Source: an uncultured Anaerolineales bacterium (GTDB lineage: Bacteria > Chloroflexota > Anaerolineae > CG2-30-64-16). Taken from it: 64,000 nt of DNA. The notes under the pieces were generated by a model. It worked only from the letters and a program-made list of their open reading frames with translations, made no database searches and was not told the DNA's origin. Shown in pieces: positions 27,289 to 35,507 of the stretch. Both the position numbers and the translations under genes were made by a program. The stretch lies in contig CAYLZG010000001.1 in the NCBI GenBank assembly GCA_964387985.1, positions 438 through 64,437 of the forward strand, given 5' to 3'. The stretch's first letter is position 1. Each line of letters begins with the position of its first letter.

Positions 27289-28590
27289 CTAGTACGCGCG
27301 GCGGAAAGTGACTGTCCAAGAATGATGACCAGAACAACCGTTCGATCTTAGGAACGCATCGCAAGTTCCATCCTCTGTGCAGAAACCTGCTCCCAAGAGG
27401 ACTTCGCGAGGGATATCGCCTGAAGTGGTAGAAAGTCCTGCCACATAATCGCTAGTCACGTTCTGACCGTTCACATCGCGGATAATCGAAATCTCCTGAC
27501 CTCCACCAAGAACAAACTCAGCTTCGCCCGGGACTCCCTTATGTCCAGTGACAATCTCTTCTTTGGCCTCACCCAAATGCGCTTTGACAGTGACGCCGTT
27601 GAGTGGACTACCCCCGGCGTCGAGCACGCGCACGTGCAGTTCGCGCCTGTAGCCACAATTCACGGAAGAACCACTATGGAAGCCACCAATTTCCTCTACA
27701 GTCCACAAGTGCTTCTCGACAACGCTGAATGTCGGTCCTGCCGGCGCGGCGGGAGGCGCAGTCGGTTGGGGCGCGGCAGTCGGTTGCGGAGCCGCAGTTG
27801 GCGGCGGGGGAATATTCTTTGCCACAGCAACTGTGTCGATCGCGCCCAGAACGCGGACCACCGTGCCGGCAACCCATGCCTGGCTTGCGCCTGCAGACTC
27901 AATCTGCCACCAATCACCACTTGCGTTGCGGCCGATGATCGGCATTTCCTGGCCCCCGCGTAACTGGCCGATCACAGGATAGGCCCGACCTGGCCCACTG
28001 CGCAGGTTTACATTGCTGTCTGCAATAACGCGTGGTTCCTGCGGCTCGGGCGTCGAGCTGGCAGTAGGCGGCGGCTCGGTGGCAGTAGGCGCCGGTGTCG
28101 CGGTCTCAACGCGCGTGGGCGACGGAGGGACAGGCGAAGACGGTTCAGCCGTCGCGACCACCACTGTCGGAGCCTCCGTTGGCGGGACCACGTCCTGTGT
28201 TGGGGCAGGAACCACTGTCGGCGAGAGATAGGCCGTGAGCTTCTGACTCCGCGCTCCCAGAATCTCGGCAAGTGAGGCAGTGGCCTCAATTTCCTCGCGA
28301 GCGCGACCCGCGGCGATGTCCGCCTCGGCCAGGGACACAAGCAACTGGCCCGGGTTGGCCAGATTCAGCCTGTCCAGACCGGCCTGCGCCTGCTCCAGGT
28401 CACCCGTACGGTCATACTCTGCAGCAATCTGTCGCAGGGATGCCTCCCGAGCTGTTGCAGAACCTGAACCGCCCCCAGATGAAGAACATGCAGCAACGAA
28501 AATGATGATAACCAGGGGCAGAAGAAAGGAGCTCAAACCAAATGACCGCAAGCCCATCGGGCCGCGGCTGAAGCTTCGATGTTCTGACAT
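27289..28590 (-). CDS. Lipoprotein with an SH3b domain, Pro-rich linkers and the same unassigned C-terminal domain as the downstream gene
   Basis: Signal/lipobox GLRSFGLSSFLLPLVIIIFVAAC. SH3b-like NLRSGPGRAYPVIGQLRGGQEMPIIGRNASGDWWQIE. The track ORF (to 28938) runs through a tRNA and its promoter, so the start is moved to the ATG at 28590. The ATG at 28557 is equally possible. Confidence 0.7.
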   Translation of the reverse strand: MSEHRSFSRGPMGLRSFGLSSFLLPLVIIIFVAACSSSGGGSGSATAREASLRQIAAEYDRTGDLEQAQAGLDRLNLANPGQLLVSLAEADIAAGRAREEIEATASLAEILGARSQKLTAYLSPTVVPAPTQDVVPPTEAPTVVVATAEPSSPVPPSPTRVETATPAPTATEPPPTASSTPEPQEPRVIADSNVNLRSGPGRAYPVIGQLRGGQEMPIIGRNASGDWWQIESAGASQAWVAGTVVRVLGAIDTVAVAKNIPPPPTAAPQPTAAPQPTAPPAAPAGPTFSVVEKHLWTVEEIGGFHSGSSVNCGYRRELHVRVLDAGGSPLNGVTVKAHLGEAKEEIVTGHKGVPGEAEFVLGGGQEISIIRDVNGQNVTSDYVAGLSTTSGDIPREVLLGAGFCTEDGTCDAFLRSNGCSGHHSWTVTFRRAY

Positions 28591-28823
28591 ATGACTTTCG
28601 TACTGAGATTCTGGGTTCTGCTCCCTCGCCGTCTCGTGACTCATGAGAGACGGATCGGGCGCTCCGCCCAAAGCATCATGCATTTGATCAAGATTCCCAT
28701 GTGCTTGTTTGGGATGCAGGCTTTGCCTGGTACGCGACAAGGCTGCTATAATGGCTCCACATGGGCGGCAGCGGGCCCCGCATTCGAATGAGATAAAGTG
28801 ATCTGCGAGGATTCCGCCAAAAG

Positions 28824-28906
28824 TGCCGAAGGTGGGAATCGAACCCACATGGGGCAACCCCCAACGGTGTTTGAGACCGTCGCGTCTACCGTTCCGCCAC
28901 TTCGGC
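28824..28906 (-). tRNA. tRNA-Leu (anticodon CAA), class II with long variable arm; CCA not encoded
   Basis: The minus strand reads GCCGAAG-TG-GCGGAACGGTAGACGC-G-ACGGT-CTCAAAC-ACCGT-TGGGGGTTGCCCCAT-GTGGG-TTCGATT-CCCAC-CTTCGGC-A. The acceptor is 7 bp. T33 and A37 flank CAA. The T-loop is canonical. Confidence 0.92.
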
Positions 28907-28919
28907 GTAGCAAGAGACG

Positions 28920-28948
28920 AGTATAACAGAAGGCGCATGTCGCGTCAA
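28920..28948 (-). promoter_or_regulatory. Promoter TTGACG-17-TGtTATACT driving tRNA-Leu
   Basis: The minus strand reads TTGACGcgacatgcgccttctgtTATACT. The tRNA 5' end lies 12 nt after the hexamer. Confidence 0.7.
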
Positions 28949-28959
28949 GTTCATTCTCA

Positions 28960-29691
28960 TTGCAGCCGGTGATTCGGATGTTTGATCTCCACAAATTGGC
29001 CTGGCAGGCCAGCGCCTCCCTCGTCGTGCTGGCGACGTCGCTGGCAGATGACGGGTTTCGCGGCGGACGCCGCGGGTCGCCGGGCAGGCCCGAATATGAC
29101 GAGGCAGCCCTGCTTGCTGCCGCGCAACGTGGAGACCTTCCGGCATTCAATCAGCTGGTGCTCCACTATCAAAGCCTCGCCTACAACATTGCCTACCGCC
29201 TGACCGGGGATGCAGACCTGTCTGAGGACGCCACGCAGGATGCCTTTGTCAAAGCGTTCCAGCGGCTGAGCCAGTATCGAGGCGGTTCCTTCAAGTCCTG
29301 GCTGCTGCGCATCGTAACGAATACGTGCTATGACGCACTGCGTGCGCGCAAACGGCGCCCGACGACGCCGCTGGAAAGCGACGAGGACAACGATGATCCA
29401 GAGTACGATTCGCGGCTGATCGACAACGCAGAGCGACCTGAAGCGTATGTGATGCGGCAGGAGCTGGCGGCGGTGATCCAGAAGGCAATCGGGCAATTGC
29501 CGCCCGACCAGCGAACCGCTCTGGTGCTCTCCGATGTCGAAGGACTGGATTATCAGGAGATTGCGGACGCGACCGGCGCGGCGCTGGGTACCGTCAAGTC
29601 CCGGCTCAGCCGCGCTCGCGCCAAGGTGCGTGACCTTCTGATGGAGCACCAGGAACTTTTACCGGCGAGCTACCGTCTCACTGACAGTTAG
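28960..29691 (+). CDS. ECF (sigma-70 family, RpoE-like) sigma factor
   Basis: Region 2 is AFNQLVLHYQSLAYNIAYRLTGDADLSEDATQDAFVKAF. Region 4 is LPPDQRTALVLSDVEGLDYQEIADATGAALGTVKSRLSRARAKV. The start is ambiguous (TTG 28960, GTG 28969 or ATG 28978). Confidence 0.85.
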   Translation: MQPVIRMFDLHKLAWQASASLVVLATSLADDGFRGGRRGSPGRPEYDEAALLAAAQRGDLPAFNQLVLHYQSLAYNIAYRLTGDADLSEDATQDAFVKAFQRLSQYRGGSFKSWLLRIVTNTCYDALRARKRRPTTPLESDEDNDDPEYDSRLIDNAERPEAYVMRQELAAVIQKAIGQLPPDQRTALVLSDVEGLDYQEIADATGAALGTVKSRLSRARAKVRDLLMEHQELLPASYRLTDS

Positions 29692-29790
29692 CACATAGAG
29701 CATGGGCATATCTAACGGAGGCCAGTTCTGCCTGCCCTCAGTTTGTCCGTGTAACTGACAAATCTTGAATTTCTTGATCGTGAGTCATCC

Positions 29791-31800
29791 ATGAGATCAA
29801 TTTTCGGAGGGCCGGTCCGGGGCCACATCCAGGTCGAGCAACTTTCGGCTTACCTGGATCAGCAGGTTTCTCCGGCCGAGCGAGCCACCATAGACGCGCA
29901 CCTGCAACAGTGCTCGGAATGCCGTGCAGAGCTGGAAAGCCTGCGCCAGACCGTAGTCATGTTGCACGCGTTGCCGCGCGTCGCGGTTCCTCGCGCATTC
30001 ACCCTGTCAGAGGTCCAGGCCGGCATACGCCGGCCGGCCGCTGCGCCAGGCTGGTTTGGAGGGCTTGCACGCGGTTTGGGTGCGGTCGCAGCCATCGCTC
30101 TTGTAGCGTTCATAACCGTTTCAGTGCTGCGCCCCGAACAGGTTCCATGGCAGCCCAACCAGACCATCGCGCGCGCGCAGCCGACTCCTGCAGCGCCCAC
30201 GGCGGCGCCGGCTGTAGCTGTCCCGATAGCGCCGGCCGCGGCGGAGGCGCCCCTGGCCAAATCGCAAGAGCAGCTGCCGGCTGCGGCAGTCGAGCCTTCA
30301 CCAGAGCCTGCCGTGGCGATGATGGCAGTACCTGAGGCCGCACCTGAAGGAGCACCTGATACGCAGGCGCCGGCCGCCAGGGAAGTCGCGCCTGCCAGCG
30401 TGGCGGATGCTACAGAACCTGCAGCAGATCTCGCCACTGCAGCGGCCACCGCGCCGTCAGATGCGATCGCGGCACCCGTGCCGGCCGCACCCGTGCCGGC
30501 GGCATCCGTGCCGGCCGAACCCATGCCAATGGCAAAGGCCGCTCCGGATGAACCCGTTACGGAGATGGCGGCAGCTGCAATGGGGCGCGGTGGCGGCGGT
30601 GGACCAGATGAACCGGTGGGCATCGCACCCGAGCTGTTAACCCCCGAGCCAGCGCCGCCACCGGCCGTCGTGCCGCCGGGTATCCGGTTTGCCTACGCGG
30701 ATCTCAACGCGCTCTGGGCAGTGGACAGCGATGGTGGGACGCGACAACTCGTGCAGGGACGCGGAATCAACACGCCGCAACTCTCGCCGGACCAAAGCTG
30801 GATCGTCTACCGCACCTATGACGATGCGGGCTTGAAAATCTGGGCCGTTCGTTGGGTCGGGGGAGAACCTAAGCTGCTGCTCGACGACGCAGCGATGCCA
30901 ACTGACCGGTTGCCAACAGGCTACAGCAGGCGCGGCATCCATGACACAAGATGGGCGCCACAGGGAAACATCCTGTCCGTCACCCTGTCCCTGATTCCCG
31001 ATCCTCAGCAGCCCGAGCTGCCGACGAAGATCGAACTATGGCGGATCGACGTCGAGACGGGAAAACTGAGCTTCGTAAACGAGTTGGGGCGCGCATACCG
31101 GCCCTATGACTCGCCTGATGGCACGCAGTATCTTACAATTCAATACGGCACGGAGGCGAATCCCGAAGGCAGCGTGAGTCTCCATGACGCGGCCAGCGGC
31201 AAGGGGCGAACCGTGCTCACCTTTCCGGCCAGCCCTGGCAAGAACAGCTATGAAAGCCAGGTTGCCTGGACTCCCGACAGCAAGGCTGCCTGGGTAGCCA
31301 TTCCTGAGCCCGATTATGGTCTCCCGGTGCCGCCGAACGGTACGACACTCTACAAGGTAACCAAGACGGGTAAGGTGGATGTGGCCGGCACGGTCGATGC
31401 ATTTCAGGTCTACTGGTCTCCCCTTGGCGACCGGCTGGCCTATACCCGATTCATCTCGGAATCATCGACCATGAATGAACTTCACCTCGCCGAGAAGGAT
31501 GGCACAAACGCACAACTCTACACCACCATGGCGCAGGGGGAATTCATAAGCTGGTCGCCGCAAGGCGATCGTTTTCTATATCAGGACAATTTCCAGGTGT
31601 TCGTCGGTGAGCCTGGTGAGGAGCCGCGGCGCCTGACCAATAGCGTGAGCATGGTCGGCCCACGCTGGATATCGGACACTGAGATGATGGCATTCCACGA
31701 TACGGGCAAAGGCTGGCTCCTGACCTTGCGGGACATTGTCGGAGAAGCAGTGACCCTGCTCTCCCTGCCGCGCGAAGCGATGTGGGATGTCGGACACTGA
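29791..31800 (+). CDS. Anti-sigma factor: zf-HC2 N-terminus, TM helix, Ala/Pro-rich spacer, TolB-like beta-propeller
   Basis: zf-HC2 motif HLQQCSECRAELESLRQ. TM helix LGAVAAIALVAFITVSVL. C-terminal repeats of the WD40-like/TolB type (SPDQSWIVYRT, WAPQGNILSV, SPDGTQYLT, WTPDSKAAWV, WSPLGDRLAY, WSPQGDRFLY). Confidence 0.75.
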   Translation: MRSIFGGPVRGHIQVEQLSAYLDQQVSPAERATIDAHLQQCSECRAELESLRQTVVMLHALPRVAVPRAFTLSEVQAGIRRPAAAPGWFGGLARGLGAVAAIALVAFITVSVLRPEQVPWQPNQTIARAQPTPAAPTAAPAVAVPIAPAAAEAPLAKSQEQLPAAAVEPSPEPAVAMMAVPEAAPEGAPDTQAPAAREVAPASVADATEPAADLATAAATAPSDAIAAPVPAAPVPAASVPAEPMPMAKAAPDEPVTEMAAAAMGRGGGGGPDEPVGIAPELLTPEPAPPPAVVPPGIRFAYADLNALWAVDSDGGTRQLVQGRGINTPQLSPDQSWIVYRTYDDAGLKIWAVRWVGGEPKLLLDDAAMPTDRLPTGYSRRGIHDTRWAPQGNILSVTLSLIPDPQQPELPTKIELWRIDVETGKLSFVNELGRAYRPYDSPDGTQYLTIQYGTEANPEGSVSLHDAASGKGRTVLTFPASPGKNSYESQVAWTPDSKAAWVAIPEPDYGLPVPPNGTTLYKVTKTGKVDVAGTVDAFQVYWSPLGDRLAYTRFISESSTMNELHLAEKDGTNAQLYTTMAQGEFISWSPQGDRFLYQDNFQVFVGEPGEEPRRLTNSVSMVGPRWISDTEMMAFHDTGKGWLLTLRDIVGEAVTLLSLPREAMWDVGH

Positions 31801-31813
31801 AGTAAAGCGCGAT

Positions 31814-31856
31814 CGCCGGTGGCCTGGCCGATCGAGGCCGCGCCGCCGGCGTTTTT
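31814..31856 (+). terminator. Rho-independent terminator after the anti-sigma gene
   Basis: 10-bp stem CGCCGGUGGC/GCCGCCGGCG (31814-31823 / 31842-31851), an 18-nt loop with an inner GGCC hairpin, then TTTTT. Confidence 0.8.
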
Positions 31857-31874
31857 GTGTTGTAGATACAACAA

Positions 31875-32744
31875 ATGCCTGAGCTTCCCGAAGTTGAGAC
31901 CGTGGCCGCCGACCTGCGTACGGAGCTGGTTGACCGGCGCTTTGTGGGCGCACACATCCTGTGGCCGCGCACCCTGGCAGCACCTGACGCCCGAGAACTG
32001 GTCGAAAGGATCCAGGGACGGCAAGTCATCGATGTGGGCCGACGCGGCAAATTCATACTGATCCGCCTCGATGACGGGCAGACACTCGTGGTGCACCTGC
32101 GCATGACCGGGAGTCTGGCGGTGGTTGCCTGTGAAGAGCCGCAGCCAGCCAATAACCACATCAGGGCGTGGTTTCCCCTGGCTGACGGCGATGCGCTTGT
32201 TTTCACCGATCCCCGGAAGTTCGGCCGCATCTGGTTGGTTGCCGATATCAATGAGGTGACGGGCAAGCTGGGACCGGAGCCGTTGGCGTGGGATTTCACC
32301 TTTCAGGAGTTCTCCGATCGCCTCCGCAGGCGCAAGGTTGCCATCAAGGCGCTGCTGCTGGATCAAACGGTCGTTGCCGGTGTAGGGAATATCTATGCGG
32401 ACGAGTCCCTCTTCCGCGCAGGCATCCACCCGCTGCGCAGGTCGTCTTCGCTATCGGACCAGGAACTCGAGCGCCTCTTTCTCAGCATGCGGCAGGTGCT
32501 CAAAGAAGCGATCAACAAGCGGGGCACACTTTTGCGCGATTATCGAACTCCGTACGGCGAGGACGGCTATTTCCGCAACGATTTGCGGGTTTACGGCCGC
32601 CTGGATAGACCGTGCCCGAATTGCGGCACGCCCATCATGCGCATCCGCGTGACCCAACGCAGCACGCACTTCTGCCCGCACTGCCAATGCGATAAAAATG
32701 AATTGCCCCCCCAGGAAGATGCACCTATAATCGATGAAATTTAG
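31875..32744 (+). CDS. mutM: Formamidopyrimidine-DNA glycosylase
   Basis: The N-terminus MPELPEVETV carries the catalytic Pro2/Glu3. H2TH region. C-terminal zinc finger CPNCGTPI...THFCPHCQ. Confidence 0.92.
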   Translation: MPELPEVETVAADLRTELVDRRFVGAHILWPRTLAAPDARELVERIQGRQVIDVGRRGKFILIRLDDGQTLVVHLRMTGSLAVVACEEPQPANNHIRAWFPLADGDALVFTDPRKFGRIWLVADINEVTGKLGPEPLAWDFTFQEFSDRLRRRKVAIKALLLDQTVVAGVGNIYADESLFRAGIHPLRRSSSLSDQELERLFLSMRQVLKEAINKRGTLLRDYRTPYGEDGYFRNDLRVYGRLDRPCPNCGTPIMRIRVTQRSTHFCPHCQCDKNELPPQEDAPIIDEI

Positions 32745-32763
32745 CGACACCCACTGAGGCTAC

Positions 32764-34365
32764 ATGGAAACCAATACACCATTGCGCGCACCGCTGCATG
32801 CACCGCGGCTGTGGGCGGCGACACTGATTGTCTTTATCTCAAGCGCGTGCATGATGACCCTGGAGTTGGTCGCAGGCCGCATCGTCGCGCCCTACGTCGG
32901 GGTGTCCCTTTACACCTGGACCTCGGTCATCGGCATCATCCTGGCCGGCATGAGCCTGGGCAACTACATCGGCGGACGGCTGGCCGACCGCTGGGCATCG
33001 TATCGCTTGCTGGGCATACTGTTCCTCCTTGGAGGCCTGACCAGCATCGGCGTCCTTCTGGTAGATACGATGGGCACGCGGCTGCCCAACGAATGGCCCA
33101 TCGTCCTCCGAATCATCATCTTGGTCACGGCGCTCTTTTTCATCCCATCCACCCTGCTCGGCACAATTTCACCCGTGGTGACCAAGTTATCGGTGCTCGA
33201 CCTTGCGCGCACGGGCAGCACGGTGGGCCGGATTTCTGCCGCCGGGACGGCCGGCAGCATCATTGGGACATTCGCCACAGGCTTTCTGCTGATCGCCTGG
33301 TTCGGCACCCACGCAATTATCTGGGGAGTGGCAGTTGTCCTGCTCGCCATGGCTGCCGTGTTTTTCCTCACCGGCTTGCAGACGCGCAAGCGCGTTATTG
33401 CGGCCATCCTTTCCGTCATCCTGATAGGAGTAGCTACCACGGTGGCTACTGTCCAGGGTTGGACGAGCTCTCGTTGCTCGCTGGAAACCAATTACTTCTG
33501 TATCACCGTGCATGAAAGCGAACATGCAGGCAAGCCAATGCGCACCCTCGTCCTCGACCGGCTGGTGCACAGCTACAGCTCGCTGGAGGACCCCACTCAA
33601 CTGGTCTACGGCTACGAGAAAGTGTACGCCGAAGCGACCCACTATCAATCCTTGAGGCACAACAGGCTGGCCGCGCTCTTCATCGGTGGCGGTGGCTACA
33701 CGTTTCCGCGCTACATGGAGGCGCTTTATCCTGACAGCGAGCTGGATGTGATCGAGATTGACCCAGGGGTGACACAGACAGCCTACTCTTCGCTGGGCCT
33801 GGCCCGCGACAGCCGGATCAAAAGTTATAACGAGGATGCGCGCATGTTCCTGGAGCGACAGCCCGACAAGCGATACTCGTTGATCATGGGGGACGCGTTC
33901 AATGACTACTCCGTGCCTTATCATCTGACGACGCTGGAGTTCAACGAGCGGGTCCGGACCTGGTTAGCGGATGATGGCCTGTACCTCGTCAACCTGATCG
34001 ACGGCCCGCGCCGCGATTTCCTGCGCTCATATACCGCCACCCTTGCGAAGACCTTCGATTACATCTACATTGTGCCAGCGCTGCGGGGATGGCGGGAATC
34101 TCCCCGGGTGACTTTCGTGATCATCGCATCCGATCAGCCGCTCGACCTCGAACGGTTCCGCGACATCGACGCAGGCGATGGCGAGACACTGCTGGCCGAT
34201 ACGGTGCTGCCGGACACGGACCGGGATGCCCTTCTCTCAGAGGATAAGTTGGTACTTTTAACAGATCAGTACGCGCCGGTCGACCAGATGCTCGCGCCGG
34301 TCGTTCGAGGCGAGACGGTGCGCCCCGATGCGCCATCGCTCCAAGGCGGTTCGACGGCTCAATGA
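32764..34365 (+). CDS. Fused polytopic membrane domain + spermidine synthase-like methyltransferase-fold protein
   Basis: About 7 N-terminal TM helices, followed by LFIGGGGYTFPRY...VIEIDPGV...GDAFND, which is typical of spermidine-synthase-like proteins. Confidence 0.7.
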   Translation: METNTPLRAPLHAPRLWAATLIVFISSACMMTLELVAGRIVAPYVGVSLYTWTSVIGIILAGMSLGNYIGGRLADRWASYRLLGILFLLGGLTSIGVLLVDTMGTRLPNEWPIVLRIIILVTALFFIPSTLLGTISPVVTKLSVLDLARTGSTVGRISAAGTAGSIIGTFATGFLLIAWFGTHAIIWGVAVVLLAMAAVFFLTGLQTRKRVIAAILSVILIGVATTVATVQGWTSSRCSLETNYFCITVHESEHAGKPMRTLVLDRLVHSYSSLEDPTQLVYGYEKVYAEATHYQSLRHNRLAALFIGGGGYTFPRYMEALYPDSELDVIEIDPGVTQTAYSSLGLARDSRIKSYNEDARMFLERQPDKRYSLIMGDAFNDYSVPYHLTTLEFNERVRTWLADDGLYLVNLIDGPRRDFLRSYTATLAKTFDYIYIVPALRGWRESPRVTFVIIASDQPLDLERFRDIDAGDGETLLADTVLPDTDRDALLSEDKLVLLTDQYAPVDQMLAPVVRGETVRPDAPSLQGGSTAQ

Positions 34366-35507
34366 CTGGTGCAAACCAAAACAAACCCGTGAAGCTTCTG
34401 ATGTGGTGCTTTTCGATGCTCGTCTGGATCGCAGCGGGCGCCGCATCTTACTTGTTTGTCCTGAACCGTCTGCTGATCCAGTTGCGCGACAGGCGGCACA
34501 AGAGCTTCCTCGTTCGTGCAGGAGGACTGCTCTCTGTCGGTTTCAGCGCGCTGCTCGGCGCGCGGGCGAACCGCACTGGGTGGAGGATGCTGCCTGCCGC
34601 CGCATTGGTGCTGGCCTTTGCCGGTGAGGTGCGGCGGCTACTCCTGCGCACCCGGCACCGAGGGGCTCCGCCGGTTGCCGAAGAAGGGCCGAGCGTCCGG
34701 CTGAACAGGCCACAGACCACTACCGATCTCGTGCTGCGACAGTATGAGGTTCGCATGCCGAAATGGCGCGGACCTGCGGTGCGCGTCGCGCACGTCAGCG
34801 ACTTCCACCTGAACAGCCATCTTCCACTCAGCTACTTCCAGGATGCCATGCATCGCATTGCAGCAAAGCAGCCCGATCTCGTACTGATCACCGGCGATTT
34901 CGTTACCCATGCCGAGTTCATCCCGCTGCTTGCAGAAGTGCTGCCCCTGGCGCAGGGACGGCTTGGCTCGTTCGGCGTGTTGGGCAATCACGATACATGG
35001 GCCGACGCGGCGGCCGTTCAAGAAACTGCCAATGCAGCAGGGGTTTGCATGTTGAGCAATGGCAGCGTGCGCATTCCCCTGGGCGATGGCGCTTCAATCC
35101 TCCTGGCCGGCGATGAACACCCTTGGGTAGATGGGGCGTGGCATGAGCCGGATCGGATGCCGGGAGAGCTGGCGTTTCTGCTGACCCATACGCCAGACAA
35201 TATCCACCGTCCACAGGGAGCCATGTTCGATGCGGTGTTCGCGGGGCACTATCACGGCGGTCAGATTCGCATGCCCGGCATTGGCGCCCTGGTGATGCCG
35301 TCGAAGTATGGCAGGCAATATGACGGCAGCCATTTTGTCTTCGGTCGCACGCACCTGTTTGTCACCGCCGGTGTCGGCTCTGCTGAACCGCCCCTACGGA
35401 TCTGGTGCCCGCCCGATATCCTGCTCGTCGATTTCCTGCCAGATGGAGATGGTGTAAGCTTCGGAGCAACCCCCCAAGCGGATCGCTCCGAAGCTCCCGG
35501 GCTATAG
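34362..35507 (+). CDS. Membrane-anchored metallophosphoesterase
   Basis: Calcineurin-like motifs VAHVSDFHL, ITGDF, GNHD and GHYHGG. The start overlaps the upstream stop (ATGA). Confidence 0.8.
   Translation: MTGANQNKPVKLLMWCFSMLVWIAAGAASYLFVLNRLLIQLRDRRHKSFLVRAGGLLSVGFSALLGARANRTGWRMLPAAALVLAFAGEVRRLLLRTRHRGAPPVAEEGPSVRLNRPQTTTDLVLRQYEVRMPKWRGPAVRVAHVSDFHLNSHLPLSYFQDAMHRIAAKQPDLVLITGDFVTHAEFIPLLAEVLPLAQGRLGSFGVLGNHDTWADAAAVQETANAAGVCMLSNGSVRIPLGDGASILLAGDEHPWVDGAWHEPDRMPGELAFLLTHTPDNIHRPQGAMFDAVFAGHYHGGQIRMPGIGALVMPSKYGRQYDGSHFVFGRTHLFVTAGVGSAEPPLRIWCPPDILLVDFLPDGDGVSFGATPQADRSEAPGL

Noticed and set aside
28591-28938. N-terminal 116 codons of track ORF 27289..28938
   Set aside because: This stretch runs through a canonical tRNA-Leu (28824-28906) and its TTGACG-17-TATACT promoter on the same strand. 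The plausible protein begins at the lipoprotein signal peptide further downstream.
28700-29000. tRNA-Leu as an integration hotspot or genomic-island border
   Set aside because: There is no integrase, no direct repeat of the tRNA 3' end and no mobile-element genes on either side.
29702-29758. 18-codon Cys-rich ORF (MGISNGGQFCLPSVCPCN) between the sigma and anti-sigma genes
   Set aside because: It has no SD before its ATG, it is too short to distinguish from chance, and no modifying enzymes are nearby. It is worth only a conservation check.
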